From Gammaproteobacteria bacterium (GTDB lineage Bacteria > Pseudomonadota > Gammaproteobacteria > JABABF01), in the NCBI GenBank assembly GCA_965237805.1, contig OZ250153.1, positions 672,001 through 736,000 of the forward strand: a stretch of DNA of 64,000 bases, given 5' to 3'. The notes below the pieces were generated by a model, which was not told the DNA's origin, made no database searches, and saw only the letters and a program-made list of their open reading frames with translations. Position numbers and translations under genes: made by a program. Shown piece after piece: positions 50,610 to 62,462 of this stretch (position 1 is its first letter; every line of letters begins with the position of its first letter).

Positions 50610-50631
50610 CAGATGAACGCTCTGCTAAGGG

Positions 50632-51000
50632 CTAGCTTGCGGTAGTGCGGGCACGGATGGCGCGCCGCGGCCCCTTGCGCGTGCGCGCATTGGTGCAGGT
50701 GCGTTGCCCACGCACCGGCAATCCGCGCCGGTGACGTATGCCGCGATAGCACCCCAAATCCATCAGTCGCTTGATGTTGAGAGTGGTTTCCCGGCGCAAG
50801 TCTCCCTCCACCCTCAACTGGCCAATCTCGCGCCGTATGGTGTCCGCAACTGCCTCGCTGAGCGCACTCACTCGAGTGCTGCCATTGATCTGCAAACGCT
50901 CGCACAGCTTGCGCGCACGGCTAGGGCCAATGCCGTAAATCGCAGTCAAGGCGACGACCAAGTGTTTGTGATCCGGTATGTTGACACCAACTATGCGCAT
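50632..51000 (-). CDS. rpsM: 30S ribosomal protein S13
   Basis: [28 protein letters not shown]. Confidence 0.98.
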   Translation of the reverse strand: MRIVGVNIPDHKHLVVALTAIYGIGPSRARKLCERLQINGSTRVSALSEAVADTIRREIGQLRVEGDLRRETTLNIKRLMDLGCYRGIRHRRGLPVRGQRTCTNARTRKGPRRAIRARTTAS

Positions 51001-51123
51001 TGGCGACCAGTCCTCCTGTTGCCCGACTCGACAGTCACTGATCTCCGAGCTGGAAGATTGTCAACTTTTTGACGATTAAAAGCAAGTGCACACAAGGGCA
51101 AGCAGCTGGTAATCATGCCCAAA

Positions 51124-51237
51124 CTAACCCTGCCGCTGCTTGTGACGCGGCTCGGAACAGATCACGCGCAACACCCGCCGGCGGCGCACAATCTTGCAAT
51201 TGCGGCAAATTTTCTTCACTGAAGCCCTCACTTTCAT
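51124..51237 (-). CDS. rpmJ: 50S ribosomal protein L36 (not in ORF track)
   Basis: Hand translation [37 protein letters not shown]. Confidence 0.97.
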   Translation of the reverse strand: MKVRASVKKICRNCKIVRRRRVLRVICSEPRHKQRQG

Positions 51238-51250
51238 CGCTACCACCCCC

Positions 51251-52591
51251 TCAACGCGTGGTTCCAGTGCGCCCGTAGCCTGAGGACACCAAGTTCGCTT
51301 TTTTCATCAGCGATTGGTACTGGTGGCTCATCAGATGCGATTGCACTTGGGAGAGAAAATCCATCGTCACGACGACGACGATCAATAAGGAAGTGCCACC
51401 CAGATAGAACGGCACATTCCACAACACGATCAAAAACTGCGGCATCAGGCAGACCAGCGTGATGTAAATCGCCCCGAATAAGGTCAGCCGCGTCAACACG
51501 CCGTCTATGTAATCAGCCGTGTGCTCGCCGGGACGGATACCGGGCACGAAAGCACCGCTACGCTTGAGGTTCTCGGCCACCTCGCGCGGGTTAAAAATCA
51601 GCGAGGTATAGAAAAAACAGAAGAAAATGATCATCGCCGCAAACAGCAACACATGTAGCGGCTGGCCGGGAGAAATGGCAAAAGCCAGATCTTGCAACAA
51701 GGCGGTGCGCCCCTGCCCTTGGCCAAACCACTGCGCCAGTGAGCTGGGGAAAAGCAGGATACTGCTGGCGAAGATTGCCGGGATCACACCAGCCATATTG
51801 AGCTTCAACGGCAGATGCCCCGGCGGCTGCATCGCCATGCCCTGCGGTCGACGGGCATAGTTCAGCGTCACCCGCCGCTGACCACGCTCTATGTGGACGA
51901 TGAGATAGATCACCGCCAGCGCCAACGCCAGCAACAGCAACAACAACAACACATTGATCTGCCCTTGGCGCGCTTGCTCCAGCGACTGGCCAACCGCACT
52001 CGGCAAGCCCGCGACAATACCGGCAAAGATCAGCATTGAGATGCCGTTGCCGATACCGCGCTCGGTCACTTGCTCACCGAGCCACATCATGAACACCGAG
52101 CCGGTCACCAAAGAGATCACCGAGGCCACATAGAAAGCGAACCCGGTGTCGCGCACCAAGCCCTCGCCAGAGATGGCCCCGGCCATGCCCATCGCCTGCA
52201 GAGCGGCCAACGCCACGGTCAGATAGCGTGTGTACTGCGAGATCTTGCGCCGCCCCATCTCACCTTCCTTGCGCAGCTGCTCCAGATGGGGGTGTACGGC
52301 ACTCATCATCTGGATGATGATGGAGGCGGTGATATACGGCACGACACCGAGCGCAAGGATGCTCATGCGCTCCAGTGCCCCACCGGAAAAAACATTGAAC
52401 AGGCCGAGCAAAGTGCCTTGATTCTGTTGAAACAGACGCGAGAGCTGCTCGGGATCGATGCCGGGCAATGGAATATGTGTGCCGATGCGATAGACCAAGA
52501 TGGCCAAGAACAAAAAGCGCAGGCGACGCAACAGCTCGCGAATACCCGGCTGTTGTAGCATCGAAGTGGCGGTGGCAGTATCAGCAGCCAT
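51251..52591 (-). CDS. secY: Preprotein translocase SecY
   Basis: [49 protein letters not shown]. Confidence 0.98.
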   Translation of the reverse strand: MAADTATATSMLQQPGIRELLRRLRFLFLAILVYRIGTHIPLPGIDPEQLSRLFQQNQGTLLGLFNVFSGGALERMSILALGVVPYITASIIIQMMSAVHPHLEQLRKEGEMGRRKISQYTRYLTVALAALQAMGMAGAISGEGLVRDTGFAFYVASVISLVTGSVFMMWLGEQVTERGIGNGISMLIFAGIVAGLPSAVGQSLEQARQGQINVLLLLLLLALALAVIYLIVHIERGQRRVTLNYARRPQGMAMQPPGHLPLKLNMAGVIPAIFASSILLFPSSLAQWFGQGQGRTALLQDLAFAISPGQPLHVLLFAAMIIFFCFFYTSLIFNPREVAENLKRSGAFVPGIRPGEHTADYIDGVLTRLTLFGAIYITLVCLMPQFLIVLWNVPFYLGGTSLLIVVVVTMDFLSQVQSHLMSHQYQSLMKKANLVSSGYGRTGTTR

Positions 52592-52596
52592 GATGT

Positions 52597-53094
52597 TTAG
52601 CTCGGCTCGGCAGTAGCCACAACCGCCCCACCAGCTGCTTCGATGGCCTTGCGGGCGCCTTGGGAAGCCGCGATGCCGTGTAGCCGCAACGCCCGCTGCG
52701 GCACCGGACCGGACAGGTAGACCCGCACCCGCTTAGCATTGTGCGCAACGAGGCCAGCTCGTTTGAGTGCTGACAGATCGACCACCTCCTCCGCATCGTC
52801 GGAGGCAGGCAGCTGCGCGAGCGCACCGAGCCGCAATTTGACGGTCAGCTGGCCGATCCGCGACTGAAAGCCAAATTTTGGCAGCCGCTGGTGTAGCGGC
52901 ATCTGGCCGCCCTCAAAACCGGCCCGCCGACTCGCCCCAGAACGCGATTTCTGTCCCTTGTGTCCGCGACCACAAGTCTTGCCCCAACCACTGCCAGTGC
53001 CACGGCCCACACGTCGCCTGTCACGACGACTGCCGGGTGCCGGTGCCAGCGCATTGAGCCCCCAGACGGGGCTGCTGTCCGAATGGTCTGCCAT
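52597..53094 (-). CDS. rplO: 50S ribosomal protein L15
   Basis: [26 protein letters not shown]. Confidence 0.97.
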   Translation of the reverse strand: MADHSDSSPVWGLNALAPAPGSRRDRRRVGRGTGSGWGKTCGRGHKGQKSRSGASRRAGFEGGQMPLHQRLPKFGFQSRIGQLTVKLRLGALAQLPASDDAEEVVDLSALKRAGLVAHNAKRVRVYLSGPVPQRALRLHGIAASQGARKAIEAAGGAVVATAEPS

Positions 53095-53103
53095 GGGTGC
53101 CGC

Positions 53104-53325
53104 TCAGTCCCGACTAGCGGCGCTCGGAGCCACAGTCGGCTCAGCCACTGCCAACAGATGGCGAGCGTGGGCAATCATGCCCCGCACAGCTGGCGTGTCC
53201 TCAACTATTACCGTCTGCCCGACACGACGCAAACCGAGGCCAGCAACACAGGCACGGCGTCGCGCCGGGCTACGGATCAGACTGCGCCTCAGCGTGACGC
53301 ACAGCTGTTGTGTGCCACCGCTCAT
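53104..53325 (-). CDS. rpmD: 50S ribosomal protein L30
   Basis: VTLRRS, GLGLRR, EDTPAVRGMI. Operon position. Confidence 0.93.
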   Translation of the reverse strand: MSGGTQQLCVTLRRSLIRSPARRRACVAGLGLRRVGQTVIVEDTPAVRGMIAHARHLLAVAEPTVAPSAASRD

Positions 53326-53867
53326 CAATCCTTGCCCTCTTTGGCTGGCACGTCGGAACGGCCAAACAGTGCCGCGACCGAGCGCCCGCGCCGAGCGGCC
53401 ACCTCTTCCACCGATTGAATCGAGCTCAGACCCTTGAGCGTCGCTCGCACCACATTCACCGGATTGGTCGAGCCGTAGCATTTGGTCAGCACATCCTGCA
53501 CCCCGGCCAATTCCAATACCGCACGCATGGCACCGCCAGCAATGACACCTGTGCCCGGTGCCGCTGGCCGCATATACACACGAGAACTGCCATGGCGAGC
53601 CGTCACCGCATAGCGCAACGTGGTACCGCGCAAATGCACGTCGTGCATGTTGCGCTGGGCTGCGTCCAAGGACTTGTTGATTGCCAACGGCACTTCGCGC
53701 GCCTTGCCGCGACCAAATCCGACCCGCCCCTTGCCGTCGCCGACCACAGTCAGCGCCGCGAAATTGAACATGCGGCCACCCTTGACCACCTTGGCCACGC
53801 GCTGCACGGCAACCAACTTGTCCTGCAGACCCTCAATCTTCTCCTGCCCAGCCGGTGAAATCGCCAT
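53325..53867 (-). CDS. rpsE: 30S ribosomal protein S5
   Basis: [31 protein letters not shown]. Confidence 0.98.
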   Translation of the reverse strand: MAISPAGQEKIEGLQDKLVAVQRVAKVVKGGRMFNFAALTVVGDGKGRVGFGRGKAREVPLAINKSLDAAQRNMHDVHLRGTTLRYAVTARHGSSRVYMRPAAPGTGVIAGGAMRAVLELAGVQDVLTKCYGSTNPVNVVRATLKGLSSIQSVEEVAARRGRSVAALFGRSDVPAKEGKD

Positions 53868-53880
53868 CTGTGTCTCTCCT

Positions 53881-54231
53881 TTAGAAATGTAAGCCGGCTT
53901 CGCGCGCTGACTGAGCCAGCGACTCCACCCGACCGTGGTAGCGGTAACCGCTGCGATCAAACGCGACGGTGTCGATGCCAGTCGCGAGGACACGCTCGGC
54001 GATCAGCGCACCAACCCGCGCCGCGGCGGTGCGGTTGCCAGTCAACTCGTCGCGAAAATCCGCTTCCAGAGTGGAGGCCGCCGCCAACACCCGCGAACCC
54101 TCCGGCGTTAGCAATTGGGCGTAGATGTGGCGCGGCGTGCGGTACACGCTGAGACGCGGCAGACCGCGCGCACGAATGCGCCCACGCGCGCGCCGGGCGC
54201 GGCGCAGACGGGCTGATGTTGTCCCTGCCAT
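53881..54231 (-). CDS. rplR: 50S ribosomal protein L18
   Basis: [33 protein letters not shown]. Confidence 0.97.
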   Translation of the reverse strand: MAGTTSARLRRARRARGRIRARGLPRLSVYRTPRHIYAQLLTPEGSRVLAAASTLEADFRDELTGNRTAAARVGALIAERVLATGIDTVAFDRSGYRYHGRVESLAQSAREAGLHF

Positions 54232-54247
54232 GCTCACATCCTCATCA

Positions 54248-54445
54248 TTACAAATGCATACTGACCAAGGCCATCCAGACTGCCACCACCAAAAAAATGC
54301 CGGGGGTACCAAACAGGAGCGCACACAACAACGCGGCGGCCATCAGCACGATTTTCACCACTGTTGCGCTGTCTACCACCTCTCTAGAACCAGCGCCACC
54401 GCCGAACTCTATCGGGCGACCGTTACCGTCGTCTCTAGCTCCCAT
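54248..54445 (-). CDS. Hypothetical 65-aa membrane protein inserted between rplF and rplR
   Basis: ORF fills the gap co-directionally, has a GAGGGG RBS-like site and two hydrophobic stretches separated by GTPG. Confidence 0.6.
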   Translation of the reverse strand: MGARDDGNGRPIEFGGGAGSREVVDSATVVKIVLMAAALLCALLFGTPGIFLVVAVWMALVSMHL

Positions 54446-54469
54446 TGCTACCAAGCCCCTCACATCGCA

Positions 54470-55012
54470 TCATTTTTTCTTCGCTCCCTTGCGCCGCACC
54501 GTTTCGTCAGAGTAGCGCACGCCTTTGCCTTTGTATGGCTCTGGCGACCGCAGTGCACGCAGCTCCGCCGCCGTCTGCCCCAAGCGTTGCTTGTCCGCAC
54601 TGCGCAACACAATCTCTGTCTGGCTCGGCAACTCGGCGCTAACTCCTGCCGGCAGCTGGTAGAGCACCGGGTGAGAGAAGCCCAAGGTCAACTGCAAGAT
54701 ATTGCCGCTCAGCGCGGCGCGATAGCCGATGCCGTTCAACAACAGGCGGCGCTCGAAGCCCACACTGAGACCATGCGCCATATTGCCCGCCAAGGCACGC
54801 ATCGTCCCAGCCATCGCACGCGAGCGGCGATCGATGTCATCACCCGGAGCAAAAGACACCACCCGCCTGTCCTCGCTCAACACGACGCGCACACTGTCGT
54901 GCACGGTCATGTCCAAGGATTTGCTACCAGCGCTGAAGCTCAGTTTGGCACCGTCAATTACAGCCGTGATGCTGTCGGGCAATTGCAAGGGGGCACGGGC
55001 AATACGAGACAT
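54470..55012 (-). CDS. rplF: 50S ribosomal protein L6
   Basis: MSRIA, GIGYRA, LGFSHP, PEPYKGKGVRY. Confidence 0.98.
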   Translation of the reverse strand: MSRIARAPLQLPDSITAVIDGAKLSFSAGSKSLDMTVHDSVRVVLSEDRRVVSFAPGDDIDRRSRAMAGTMRALAGNMAHGLSVGFERRLLLNGIGYRAALSGNILQLTLGFSHPVLYQLPAGVSAELPSQTEIVLRSADKQRLGQTAAELRALRSPEPYKGKGVRYSDETVRRKGAKKK

Positions 55013-55048
55013 TTTATTAAAGCTAGGCCAACGGCCACCGCAGCTCCC

Positions 55049-55447
55049 TCAAAATACCGTGCACAGCACTTCACCGCCGATACCAGCGGCGCGCGCAACA
55101 CGGTCGCTCATCACACCCCGATTGGTCGAGATGACGGCGACCCCCAAGCCGTTGCGTACTTTTGGCAGCTCGGCGCAACCCACATAGCGGCGCAAGCCGG
55201 AACGGCTGACTCGCCGCAATTCGCGTACCACTGGCCGATCGTTGTGGTAACGCAGGCCAACGCGTATCCAGCGGCGTGCGCCTTGGGAATTGTCTTCGCG
55301 GCACTCGCCGATATAGCCTTCCGCACGCAACACATCGCACACCGATGCCACCAGCCGCGAGGCGGGTACCAACACCTCGTCGCGACGCACCATCTGCGCA
55401 TTGCGAATGCGTGTGAGCGCATCCGCCAGCGGATCTTGCATACTCAT
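55049..55447 (-). CDS. rpsH: 30S ribosomal protein S8
   Basis: MSMQDPLAD, TRIRNA, EGYI, GLG..STNRG, GGEVLC. Confidence 0.97.
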   Translation of the reverse strand: MSMQDPLADALTRIRNAQMVRRDEVLVPASRLVASVCDVLRAEGYIGECREDNSQGARRWIRVGLRYHNDRPVVRELRRVSRSGLRRYVGCAELPKVRNGLGVAVISTNRGVMSDRVARAAGIGGEVLCTVF

Positions 55448-55463
55448 ACCAAAGCCTCCGCAC

Positions 55464-55769
55464 TCACCAACTGGCCTTGACCAGCCCGGGGATGTGGCCT
55501 TGCATCGCGGCTTCACGCAGGCGGTTGCGCCCCAAGCCGAACTTGCGATAGCAAGCATTGCCGCGACCGCTGAAGTGACAACGACGCCGCAGGCGAGCCG
55601 GACAGGCATCGCGCGGCTGCCGCTGCAATTGTTCTTGCGCTTCCCAACGCTGTTGCTGGGTAGCGGTCTGGTCGCCAGCACGCCGCTTCAGCTCGGCACG
55701 GCGCTCGGCGTAGCGAGCCACCAGCCGCTCCCGCCGCTTATTGCGCGCAATCACGGATTTCTTAGCCAT
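55464..55769 (-). CDS. rpsN: 30S ribosomal protein S14 (long type)
   Basis: MAKKS, RKFGL, IPGLVKASW. Confidence 0.97.
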   Translation of the reverse strand: MAKKSVIARNKRRERLVARYAERRAELKRRAGDQTATQQQRWEAQEQLQRQPRDACPARLRRRCHFSGRGNACYRKFGLGRNRLREAAMQGHIPGLVKASW

Positions 55770-55805
55770 TTTTCATGCCGCTCCTAAAAGCTATTCCAAC
55801 GCACT

Positions 55806-56351
55806 CTATTGACCACGCAACGGCATGCCAAAAGCAAGTAGCAATGCACGCGCCTCGTCGTCATTTGTGCCGGTCGTCGTGATCGCCACATCTAAGCCGC
55901 GCAACTTGTTAATTTTATCGTAATCCACCTCGGGAAAAACAATCTGCTCAGCGATGCCTAGCGAGTAGTTGCCGCGACCGTCGAAAGCACGCGGCGACAG
56001 GCCGCGAAAGTCCCGGATACGCGGCAACGCGATATTGATCAGCCGATCCAAGAACTCATACATGCGCTCCGCACGCAATGTCACCTTGCAACCAATCGGC
56101 CAGCCATCACGAATTTTGAAGCCAGCAATGGATTTGCGCGCCCGCGTCGTCACTGGCTTCTGACCGGAAATCAAAGCGAGATCATTGGCCGCGTGTTCCA
56201 GCATTTTCTTATCGCCCACCGCCTCTCCAACCCCCATATTCAGCGTGATTTTGCTGATGCGAGGCACACGCATCGGTGTCGACAAGCCCAAGTCGCGCTG
56301 CAGACGCGGACGGATCTCATCCCGGTACTGTATTTGCAAACGCGCTGGCAT
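55806..56351 (-). CDS. rplE: 50S ribosomal protein L5
   Basis: [26 protein letters not shown]. Confidence 0.98.
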   Translation of the reverse strand: MPARLQIQYRDEIRPRLQRDLGLSTPMRVPRISKITLNMGVGEAVGDKKMLEHAANDLALISGQKPVTTRARKSIAGFKIRDGWPIGCKVTLRAERMYEFLDRLINIALPRIRDFRGLSPRAFDGRGNYSLGIAEQIVFPEVDYDKINKLRGLDVAITTTGTNDDEARALLLAFGMPLRGQ

Positions 56352-56353
56352 CA

Positions 56354-56725
56354 CTACTGCTCCTCTATGGAAGCGACGGGCATGCTCTGCCCTTTGGCAC
56401 GAAAGACGCGCAATTTTTTGCCGTCGTCACCACGCTCGAAACCGACGCGCCCGGCGCGCCCGGTCTCAGGATTGAACAAGCCCACATTGGAGGCATCGAT
56501 CGGTGCCTCTTGCTCAATGATGCCGCCGGGCTGGTTACGGGTCGGATCGGGACGCTTATGCCGCTTGACGATATTGACCCCCTCGACCAATAGCCGCCCG
56601 TCTGGCAATGCCCGCAACACCTTGCCGCGCCGCCCACGTGAGCGGCCGCTCAGCACGATCACCTCGTCATCGCGACGTAACTTGCGACTCGCACGCCGAC
56701 CGGGCTGCACATTTCCCTTGGTCAT
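56354..56725 (-). CDS. rplX: 50S ribosomal protein L24
   Basis: [28 protein letters not shown]. Confidence 0.96.
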   Translation of the reverse strand: MTKGNVQPGRRASRKLRRDDEVIVLSGRSRGRRGKVLRALPDGRLLVEGVNIVKRHKRPDPTRNQPGGIIEQEAPIDASNVGLFNPETGRAGRVGFERGDDGKKLRVFRAKGQSMPVASIEEQ

Positions 56726-56768
56726 CAACAATCGCCCCAAAATCCAACGAGTGCGCCCATGTCGCCGC

Positions 56769-57134
56769 TCACAACACCTCGGGCGCAAGCGAAACGATGC
56801 GCATGAAGCGACTGCGCAACTCGCGGGTCACCGGGCCAAAGATACGTGTGCCGACCGGAGCCAGCTGGGGGGTGAGCAAGACGACGGCGTTTTCGTCGAA
56901 ACGGATCAACGAACCATCCGGCCTGCGCACACCGTGGCAAGTACGCACCACCAAAGCAGTCATCACCTGCCCCTTTTTGATCCGACCGCCGGGACTGGCC
57001 TCTTTGACTGCCACTTTGATCAAATCGCCGATCCCCGCCGTGCGCCGGCGCGAACCCCCTAAGACTTTGATGCACATAGCTCGGCGTGCACCGCTGTTGT
57101 CGGCGACGCTGATCTGTGTTTGAACTTGAATCAT
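56769..57134 (-). CDS. rplN: 50S ribosomal protein L14
   Basis: [33 protein letters not shown]. Confidence 0.98.
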   Translation of the reverse strand: MIQVQTQISVADNSGARRAMCIKVLGGSRRRTAGIGDLIKVAVKEASPGGRIKKGQVMTALVVRTCHGVRRPDGSLIRFDENAVVLLTPQLAPVGTRIFGPVTRELRSRFMRIVSLAPEVL

Positions 57135-57204
57135 GGTGTGTTCTCGTCGACGCGCACCGCGGTATCCGCAATGCGCAGCGATCGCTAAGTGGCACTACCA
57201 CCAC

Positions 57205-57492
57205 CTAGCGCTCTCCCTCGGCTCGCTGGTCAACGCTGATCAACATCCAAGACTTGGTGCGGGAAATCGGTCGCGTCTCGCCGATGGTGACCAAATCGCC
57301 CAGCTGACACTCGTTGTCCGCATCGTGCGCGTGATAGCGCGACGAGCGCGTCAGGTATTTCCCATACAGCGGATGGCGGACACGGCGCTCCACCCGCACC
57401 GTGATGGTCTTGTCACCCCGATTGCTGACCACGCGACCGGCCACGCGGCGGGCACGGTCGGAGACCTGTAGCGACACGCCACTATCACTCAC
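57205..57492 (-). CDS. rpsQ: 30S ribosomal protein S17
   Basis: [24 protein letters not shown]. Confidence 0.97.
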   Translation of the reverse strand: MSDSGVSLQVSDRARRVAGRVVSNRGDKTITVRVERRVRHPLYGKYLTRSSRYHAHDADNECQLGDLVTIGETRPISRTKSWMLISVDQRAEGER

Positions 57493-57719
57493 GACTCGTC
57501 TCCATCCAACTCGAGCTCTGGTGCCGACAGGCGACGCACGCTCAGTTCGGTTTTGATACGCGCCACATCAGCGCGCAAATTGCGCAACTGGTGTGTCTGT
57601 GTCAACTGCCGAGCCGCGTGTTGCACGCGCATGCGCAACTGCTCACGGCGCAGCCCCAGCAATTTATCCCCCAACTCGCGCTCATTCAGCACACGCAAAT
57701 CCGCCGACTGCAGGCTCAT
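57489..57719 (-). CDS. rpmC: 50S ribosomal protein L29
   Basis: LRREQ, VARIKT. Operon position. Confidence 0.93.
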   Translation of the reverse strand: MSLQSADLRVLNERELGDKLLGLRREQLRMRVQHAARQLTQTHQLRNLRADVARIKTELSVRRLSAPELELDGDES

Positions 57720-58132
57720 AGCTGCAGCTCCCGCCGCACGAAAGATGTCGGCACCGACATCTTGGCCGCAGCGCGGCGCAATGCCTCGCGCGCCAACTCC
57801 TCGTCGACACCCTCGAGCTCATAGATCATGCGGCCAGGCTGCACTAGCGCGACCCAGTACTCGACATTGCCCTTGCCCTTGCCCTGACGCACTTCCAACG
57901 GCTTGCGCGTGATCGGCTTATCGGGGAAAACGCGAATCCAAATCTTGCCGCCACGGCGAATATGGCGTGTCATGGCGCGTCGCCCGGCTTCCACTTGGCG
58001 CGCCGTGAGCCGCCCGCGACCGGTGGCACGCAAACCGTATTCGCCAAAACTCACCGCATTGCCACTCTGCGCCAAGCCGCGGTTGCGGCCCTTGTGCTGC
58101 TTGCGGTAGCGCGTCTGCTTGGGTTGCAACAT
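57716..58132 (-). CDS. rplP: 50S ribosomal protein L16
   Basis: [21 protein letters not shown]. Confidence 0.98.
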   Translation of the reverse strand: MLQPKQTRYRKQHKGRNRGLAQSGNAVSFGEYGLRATGRGRLTARQVEAGRRAMTRHIRRGGKIWIRVFPDKPITRKPLEVRQGKGKGNVEYWVALVQPGRMIYELEGVDEELAREALRRAAAKMSVPTSFVRRELQL

Positions 58133-58141
58133 GACCGCTAC

Positions 58142-58846
58142 CTAACTTGTCGCAGCTGCGGAGTCAAAATCGCCGCCCGCCGGTGCTGAGGCAGCGGCGG
58201 GCTCACCGACCACCTCGCGCTTGAAAATCCATACCTTGACGCCGATCACACCATAGGTGGTCTGGGCGGTGGCGGTGGCATAGTCAATGTCAGCGCGCAA
58301 GGTGTGCAAAGGCACCCGCCCCTCGCGATAGGTCTCGGTGCGTGCGATCTCCGCTCCGCCGAGCCTGCCGCTGACCTGTAAGCGCACACCCTCAGCACCA
58401 CTGCCCAAGCGCATGGTATGTTGCAGTGCCTTGCGCATAGCGCGGCGGAACATCACTCGATTCTCCAATTGCTCGGCGATGTTCTGCGCCACCAATACGG
58501 CATCAAGATCTGGCTTGCGCACCTCTTGGATATCAATTTGCAGGTTGATGGACGGAAAGTATCGTGCGACCAAATCTTTGCGCAACCGGTCGATATCAGC
58601 ACCTTTTTTGCCGATCACAATGCCTGGGCGAGCCGTGTGAATCGTGATTTTGACATCGTGCGAAGCACGGCGCTCAATCGCAATGCGGCTAATCTTGGCC
58701 GCTTTCAGATCGCGCTCTAGCTGTGCACGCACCTGGAGATCGACCAGCAATTGCTCGGTATAGGTACGCTTTTCGGCGTGCCAAATCGAAGTGTGCTGGT
58801 GCACAATGCCGAGCCGGAATCCGACTGGATGGACTTTTTGTCCCAT
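58142..58846 (-). CDS. rpsC: 30S ribosomal protein S3
   Basis: [40 protein letters not shown]. Confidence 0.98.
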   Translation of the reverse strand: MGQKVHPVGFRLGIVHQHTSIWHAEKRTYTEQLLVDLQVRAQLERDLKAAKISRIAIERRASHDVKITIHTARPGIVIGKKGADIDRLRKDLVARYFPSINLQIDIQEVRKPDLDAVLVAQNIAEQLENRVMFRRAMRKALQHTMRLGSGAEGVRLQVSGRLGGAEIARTETYREGRVPLHTLRADIDYATATAQTTYGVIGVKVWIFKREVVGEPAAASAPAGGDFDSAAATS

Positions 58847-58868
58847 GATTCCTAATCTCGTGACCGTA

Positions 58869-59207
58869 TCAGGCCGCGCTGTCACCGACACACACGGAGA
58901 TGTGGCAGCTGCGTTTGAAAATTCGGTCAGCTCGTCCGCGCGCACGTGGATGCACCCGCTTCATCGTCGGCCCTTCGTCGATATTGATGCGGGACACACG
59001 CAACCCGTCGACATCAGCATGCGCATTGTGGACGGCGTTGGCAATGGCAGATTTTAGCACTTTCTCGAGCAGAGCAGCAGCTTTTTGCGGGCTGAAGTGG
59101 AGGATCTCCAGCGCCTCGCCAACCCGGCGTCCACGCAGCATGTCGGCCACCAGCCGCACCTTGTACGCCGAGCTGCGCGCCCCGCGGTGTATCGCAACAG
59201 TTTCCAT
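58869..59207 (-). CDS. rplV: 50S ribosomal protein L22
   Basis: KVRLVAD, SAIANA, PRARGRA. Confidence 0.97.
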   Translation of the reverse strand: METVAIHRGARSSAYKVRLVADMLRGRRVGEALEILHFSPQKAAALLEKVLKSAIANAVHNAHADVDGLRVSRINIDEGPTMKRVHPRARGRADRIFKRSCHISVCVGDSAA

Positions 59208-59233
59208 CGCTCCCTCTCCCTCGTCAACAGCCG

Positions 59234-59512
59234 CTAGCGCAACTTGGCCTTACGGTCACCGGAGTGACTGCGGAACTGACGGGTGATGGCAAACTCGCCC
59301 AGCTTGTGCCCCACCATGTCCTCATTGATCAATATCGGCACATGATCGCGACCATTGTGTATGGAGATGGTCAGACCGACCATCTCCGGGGTCACCATCG
59401 AACGGCGTGACCAGGTGCGGATCGGACGGCGGCTGAAACTCTCCACCGCAGCGCGCACCTTAGCCATCAGCGCCAAGTCCACAAAAGGCCCTTTTTTCAA
59501 TGATCTCGGCAT
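59234..59512 (-). CDS. rpsS: 30S ribosomal protein S19
   Basis: [25 protein letters not shown]. Confidence 0.98.
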   Translation of the reverse strand: MPRSLKKGPFVDLALMAKVRAAVESFSRRPIRTWSRRSMVTPEMVGLTISIHNGRDHVPILINEDMVGHKLGEFAITRQFRSHSGDRKAKLR

Positions 59513-59528
59513 CAGCTCACACCTATAT

Positions 59529-60362
59529 TCAACGTCTGCGCGCACGGCGGCGCACAATCAACTGGTCACTGGAACGACGGCGACGGGTCTTATAACCCTT
59601 GGTCGGTTGTCCCCAAGGTGTCACCGGATGACGACCGCCAGAGCTCTTGCCCTCGCCGCCGCCGTGCGGGTGATCCACCGGGTTCATCGCCACACCGCGC
59701 ACCGTCGGCCGCCGCCCATGCCAGCGAGAAGCCCCAGCCTTGCCCAAGGAGCGCAGGGAATGTTCGGAATTAGACACCTCCCCCAGCGTGGCACGACACT
59801 CAACCAACACCTTGCGCATCTCACCGGAGCACAGGCGCAATGTGGCATAACGTCCTTCGCGCGCCACCAGTTGAGCTGAAGCACCGGCCGAGCGCGCCAA
59901 CTGCGCCCCCTTACCGGGCTTGAGCTCGATGCAGTGTATCCGGTCGCCCATCGGCATATTAGCCAGCGGCAAGCTATTGCCGGGGCGGATCGGTGCCTCA
60001 GCACCGGACATCAGCTGATCCCCCACCGCCACCTTGCGGGCGGCGATGACATAGCGGCGCTCGCCGTCGGCATAGAGCAATAGGGCGATGTAAGCACTGC
60101 GGTTCGGATCGTATTCCAAGCGCTCGACACGGGCGATGATGCCATCCTTGTCGCGGCGAAAGTCGATGCGGCGATAGCGCTGCTTATGGCCACCCCCGAT
60201 GTGCCGCGTCGTGATGCGCCCACGGTTGTTACGCCCGCCACTGTTGCGCGAACGCCCCTCGAGCAATGGCTTCCACGGATCACCCTTATGGAGGGCGGGT
60301 TCGCGCACGATGACCATGCCGCGGCGACCCGGAGAGGTCGGTTTGACTTTGATTACCGCCAT
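59529..60362 (-). CDS. rplB: 50S ribosomal protein L2
   Basis: [29 protein letters not shown]. Confidence 0.98.
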   Translation of the reverse strand: MAVIKVKPTSPGRRGMVIVREPALHKGDPWKPLLEGRSRNSGGRNNRGRITTRHIGGGHKQRYRRIDFRRDKDGIIARVERLEYDPNRSAYIALLLYADGERRYVIAARKVAVGDQLMSGAEAPIRPGNSLPLANMPMGDRIHCIELKPGKGAQLARSAGASAQLVAREGRYATLRLCSGEMRKVLVECRATLGEVSNSEHSLRSLGKAGASRWHGRRPTVRGVAMNPVDHPHGGGEGKSSGGRHPVTPWGQPTKGYKTRRRRSSDQLIVRRRARRR

Positions 60363-60399
60363 GACAGACCTCCGGCGACAAAGTGCATCAACCGTGCCA

Positions 60400-60714
60400 T
60401 CAGCTGAGCTCCAGTTTGCGTTCGAGATCCAGTTGCTGCCCTGGTGCCAACCTGACATAGGCTTTCTTCCAAGCCCGCCGACGACCCGCAATCTGCCGTG
60501 TCCGGACGCGCTTGCCGGGCACATTGAGCACTTGTACCGACAGCACCGACACCTTAAATAGCTGCTCAACGGCGCGGCGAACCTCTGGGCGCGTAGCGTC
60601 CCGAGCCACCCGGAAGACGTACTGCCCGCGCTGCATGTTGAGCGCAGCTTTCTCTGAAACCCGCGGCGCTTGGATGATTTGGAACATGCGCTCGCTACGC
60701 AAATCAGCACTCAT
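60400..60714 (-). CDS. rplW: 50S ribosomal protein L23
   Basis: [19 protein letters not shown]. Confidence 0.96.
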   Translation of the reverse strand: MSADLRSERMFQIIQAPRVSEKAALNMQRGQYVFRVARDATRPEVRRAVEQLFKVSVLSVQVLNVPGKRVRTRQIAGRRRAWKKAYVRLAPGQQLDLERKLELS

Positions 60715-61385
60715 TGCAAACGCGCCTCAATCGCCGACAATGCCAGTGGATCGAACAGTGCCCGCCCACAGCCCAAAAGCGCCTCCGGGCAGAGCTGGGC
60801 AACGGTGCAAACCGTCACTTTGGGCAGATTGCGCGCCGCCAATTGGAGCGTCACATCCTCTTCGACACTGACCAAGAGCAGAGGCTCAACACGCCACTGG
60901 CGTCCGTCGAGCAGAGCGGCCAACAGCTGGGTTCTCGGAGCCTGCGAATCGGGATCGACGATTTGCTCGGCCAAGCCGGACACCACCTCAATGCGCCCTT
61001 GGCGCAACATCTGCGACAAAACGGCGCGCATCGCGCCACCGTACATCTTGCGATTGACTTTTTGCCGGTAATCGCGCGGCTGGGCGGCAAAGGTGACACC
61101 ACCACCGCGCCACAACGGATTGCGAGCACTGCCGACACGGGCACGGCCAGTCCCCTTTTGACGCCACGGCTTGCGGCCGCTGCCACTGACTTGGCCACGG
61201 CTCTTCTGAGCACTGCTCCCCTGACGCCCCGCAGCCAACCTCGAGCCGATCACTTGGTGCACCAAAGCGGCGTTGAAGGGACAGTCAAACACCCGCTCAG
61301 ACAAGCCGATACGCTCGGACGAGCCACCGCCCAGAGCCGTCACCTCAAGCCCCAGTGCGCCCGCTGCCGCCGACTCAGCCGCCAT
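60711..61385 (-). CDS. rplD: 50S ribosomal protein L4
   Basis: KPWRQKGTGRAR, WRGGGVTF, KVNRKMY, ARNLP. Confidence 0.97.
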   Translation of the reverse strand: MAAESAAAGALGLEVTALGGGSSERIGLSERVFDCPFNAALVHQVIGSRLAAGRQGSSAQKSRGQVSGSGRKPWRQKGTGRARVGSARNPLWRGGGVTFAAQPRDYRQKVNRKMYGGAMRAVLSQMLRQGRIEVVSGLAEQIVDPDSQAPRTQLLAALLDGRQWRVEPLLLVSVEEDVTLQLAARNLPKVTVCTVAQLCPEALLGCGRALFDPLALSAIEARLQ

Positions 61386-62131
61386 CAGCCATTGCCCGCA
61401 GCGCTGGCTTTGACCGCACCGCGCACCACCACCTCGCCACCAGTGGCACCGGGGACAGCGCCGCGCACCAGCAACAGGTGCCGCTCGGCATCAACTCGCT
61501 CGACGCGCAAATTCTGGGTCGTGACTTGGCGGTCACCCATATGCCCCGACATCTTCTTGCCTTTCCACACCCGCCCCGGCGTCTGGCACTGGCCGATGGA
61601 GCCGTTGGAACGGTGCGAGAGCGAGTTGCCGTGGGTGGCATCTTGGGAGCTGAAATTCCAGCGCTTGATACCACCCTGAAAACCTTTGCCCTTGGAGCGC
61701 GCTGAGACATCGACCCGCTGCCCGGCCATAAAGCACTGGTCGACCGCAAACTCGGCACCCAGATGCAACGGGTCTTCACCCTGCTCATCACCGCCGAGCG
61801 CAACATCCCAACCCTCAGCCAAGCGAAACTCGCGCAGGCGGCGGCCAGGCTCAACTCCGGCACGCTCAAAATGCCCGGCCATCGGACGCGAAAGCGACTT
61901 GGCCTTGGGTGCAGTGCCATGTGTCAACTGCACAGCTTGGTAGCCGTCGCGCTCAACAGATCGCCGCTGTACCACGCGGTTGGGATGCACTTCGATCACC
62001 GTCACCGGCACCGAAGCACCCTCTTCGGTAAACAGGCGCGTCATCCCCAACTTACGACCGACCAAGCCGAGACCAAAAACTTTCTCTGTGGTCGCCATCG
62101 CTATCTTCCCCGCCTCATCAGCTGTCGCCAC
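61385..62131 (-). CDS. rplC: 50S ribosomal protein L3
   Basis: [36 protein letters not shown]. Confidence 0.98.
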   Translation of the reverse strand: MATADEAGKIAMATTEKVFGLGLVGRKLGMTRLFTEEGASVPVTVIEVHPNRVVQRRSVERDGYQAVQLTHGTAPKAKSLSRPMAGHFERAGVEPGRRLREFRLAEGWDVALGGDEQGEDPLHLGAEFAVDQCFMAGQRVDVSARSKGKGFQGGIKRWNFSSQDATHGNSLSHRSNGSIGQCQTPGRVWKGKKMSGHMGDRQVTTQNLRVERVDAERHLLLVRGAVPGATGGEVVVRGAVKASAAGNG

Positions 62132-62450
62132 GTAGCACCGTAATCTGGATGCCGACGCCAGCCGATAGATCTAAATTGCTCAGCGCGTTGATCGTCTGCG
62201 GCGTCGCCAAGATCTCGATCAGGCGCGCATGGGTACGGATCTCGTACTGGTCGCGGGCATCCTTATTGACATGTGGCGAGATCAACACGGTAAAGCGCTC
62301 ACGGCGCACCGGCAACGGAATCGGGCCGCAAGTTTTCGAACCAGTACGGCGGGCCATCTCGACCACCTCACGCACTGATGCATCGATCAAACGGTGGTCA
62401 AAACTCTTCAATTTGATGCGTATGCGTTGCTCTTGCACCGCTCTAGCCAC
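62118..62450 (-). CDS. rpsJ: 30S ribosomal protein S10
   Basis: [28 protein letters not shown]. Confidence 0.98.
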   Translation of the reverse strand: MARAVQEQRIRIKLKSFDHRLIDASVREVVEMARRTGSKTCGPIPLPVRRERFTVLISPHVNKDARDQYEIRTHARLIEILATPQTINALSNLDLSAGVGIQITVLRGDS

Positions 62451-62462
62451 CCCATATCGGCA

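Noticed and set aside
51040-51064. TTGACA upstream of rpsM as the alpha-operon promoter
   Set aside because: No acceptable -10 hexamer at 16-18 nt spacing.
54125-61679. Long plus-strand ORFs (e.g. 54125-55480, 56193-57062, 60714-61679)
   Set aside because: These are antisense shadows of ribosomal protein genes, expected in high-GC DNA, with no recognisable motifs.
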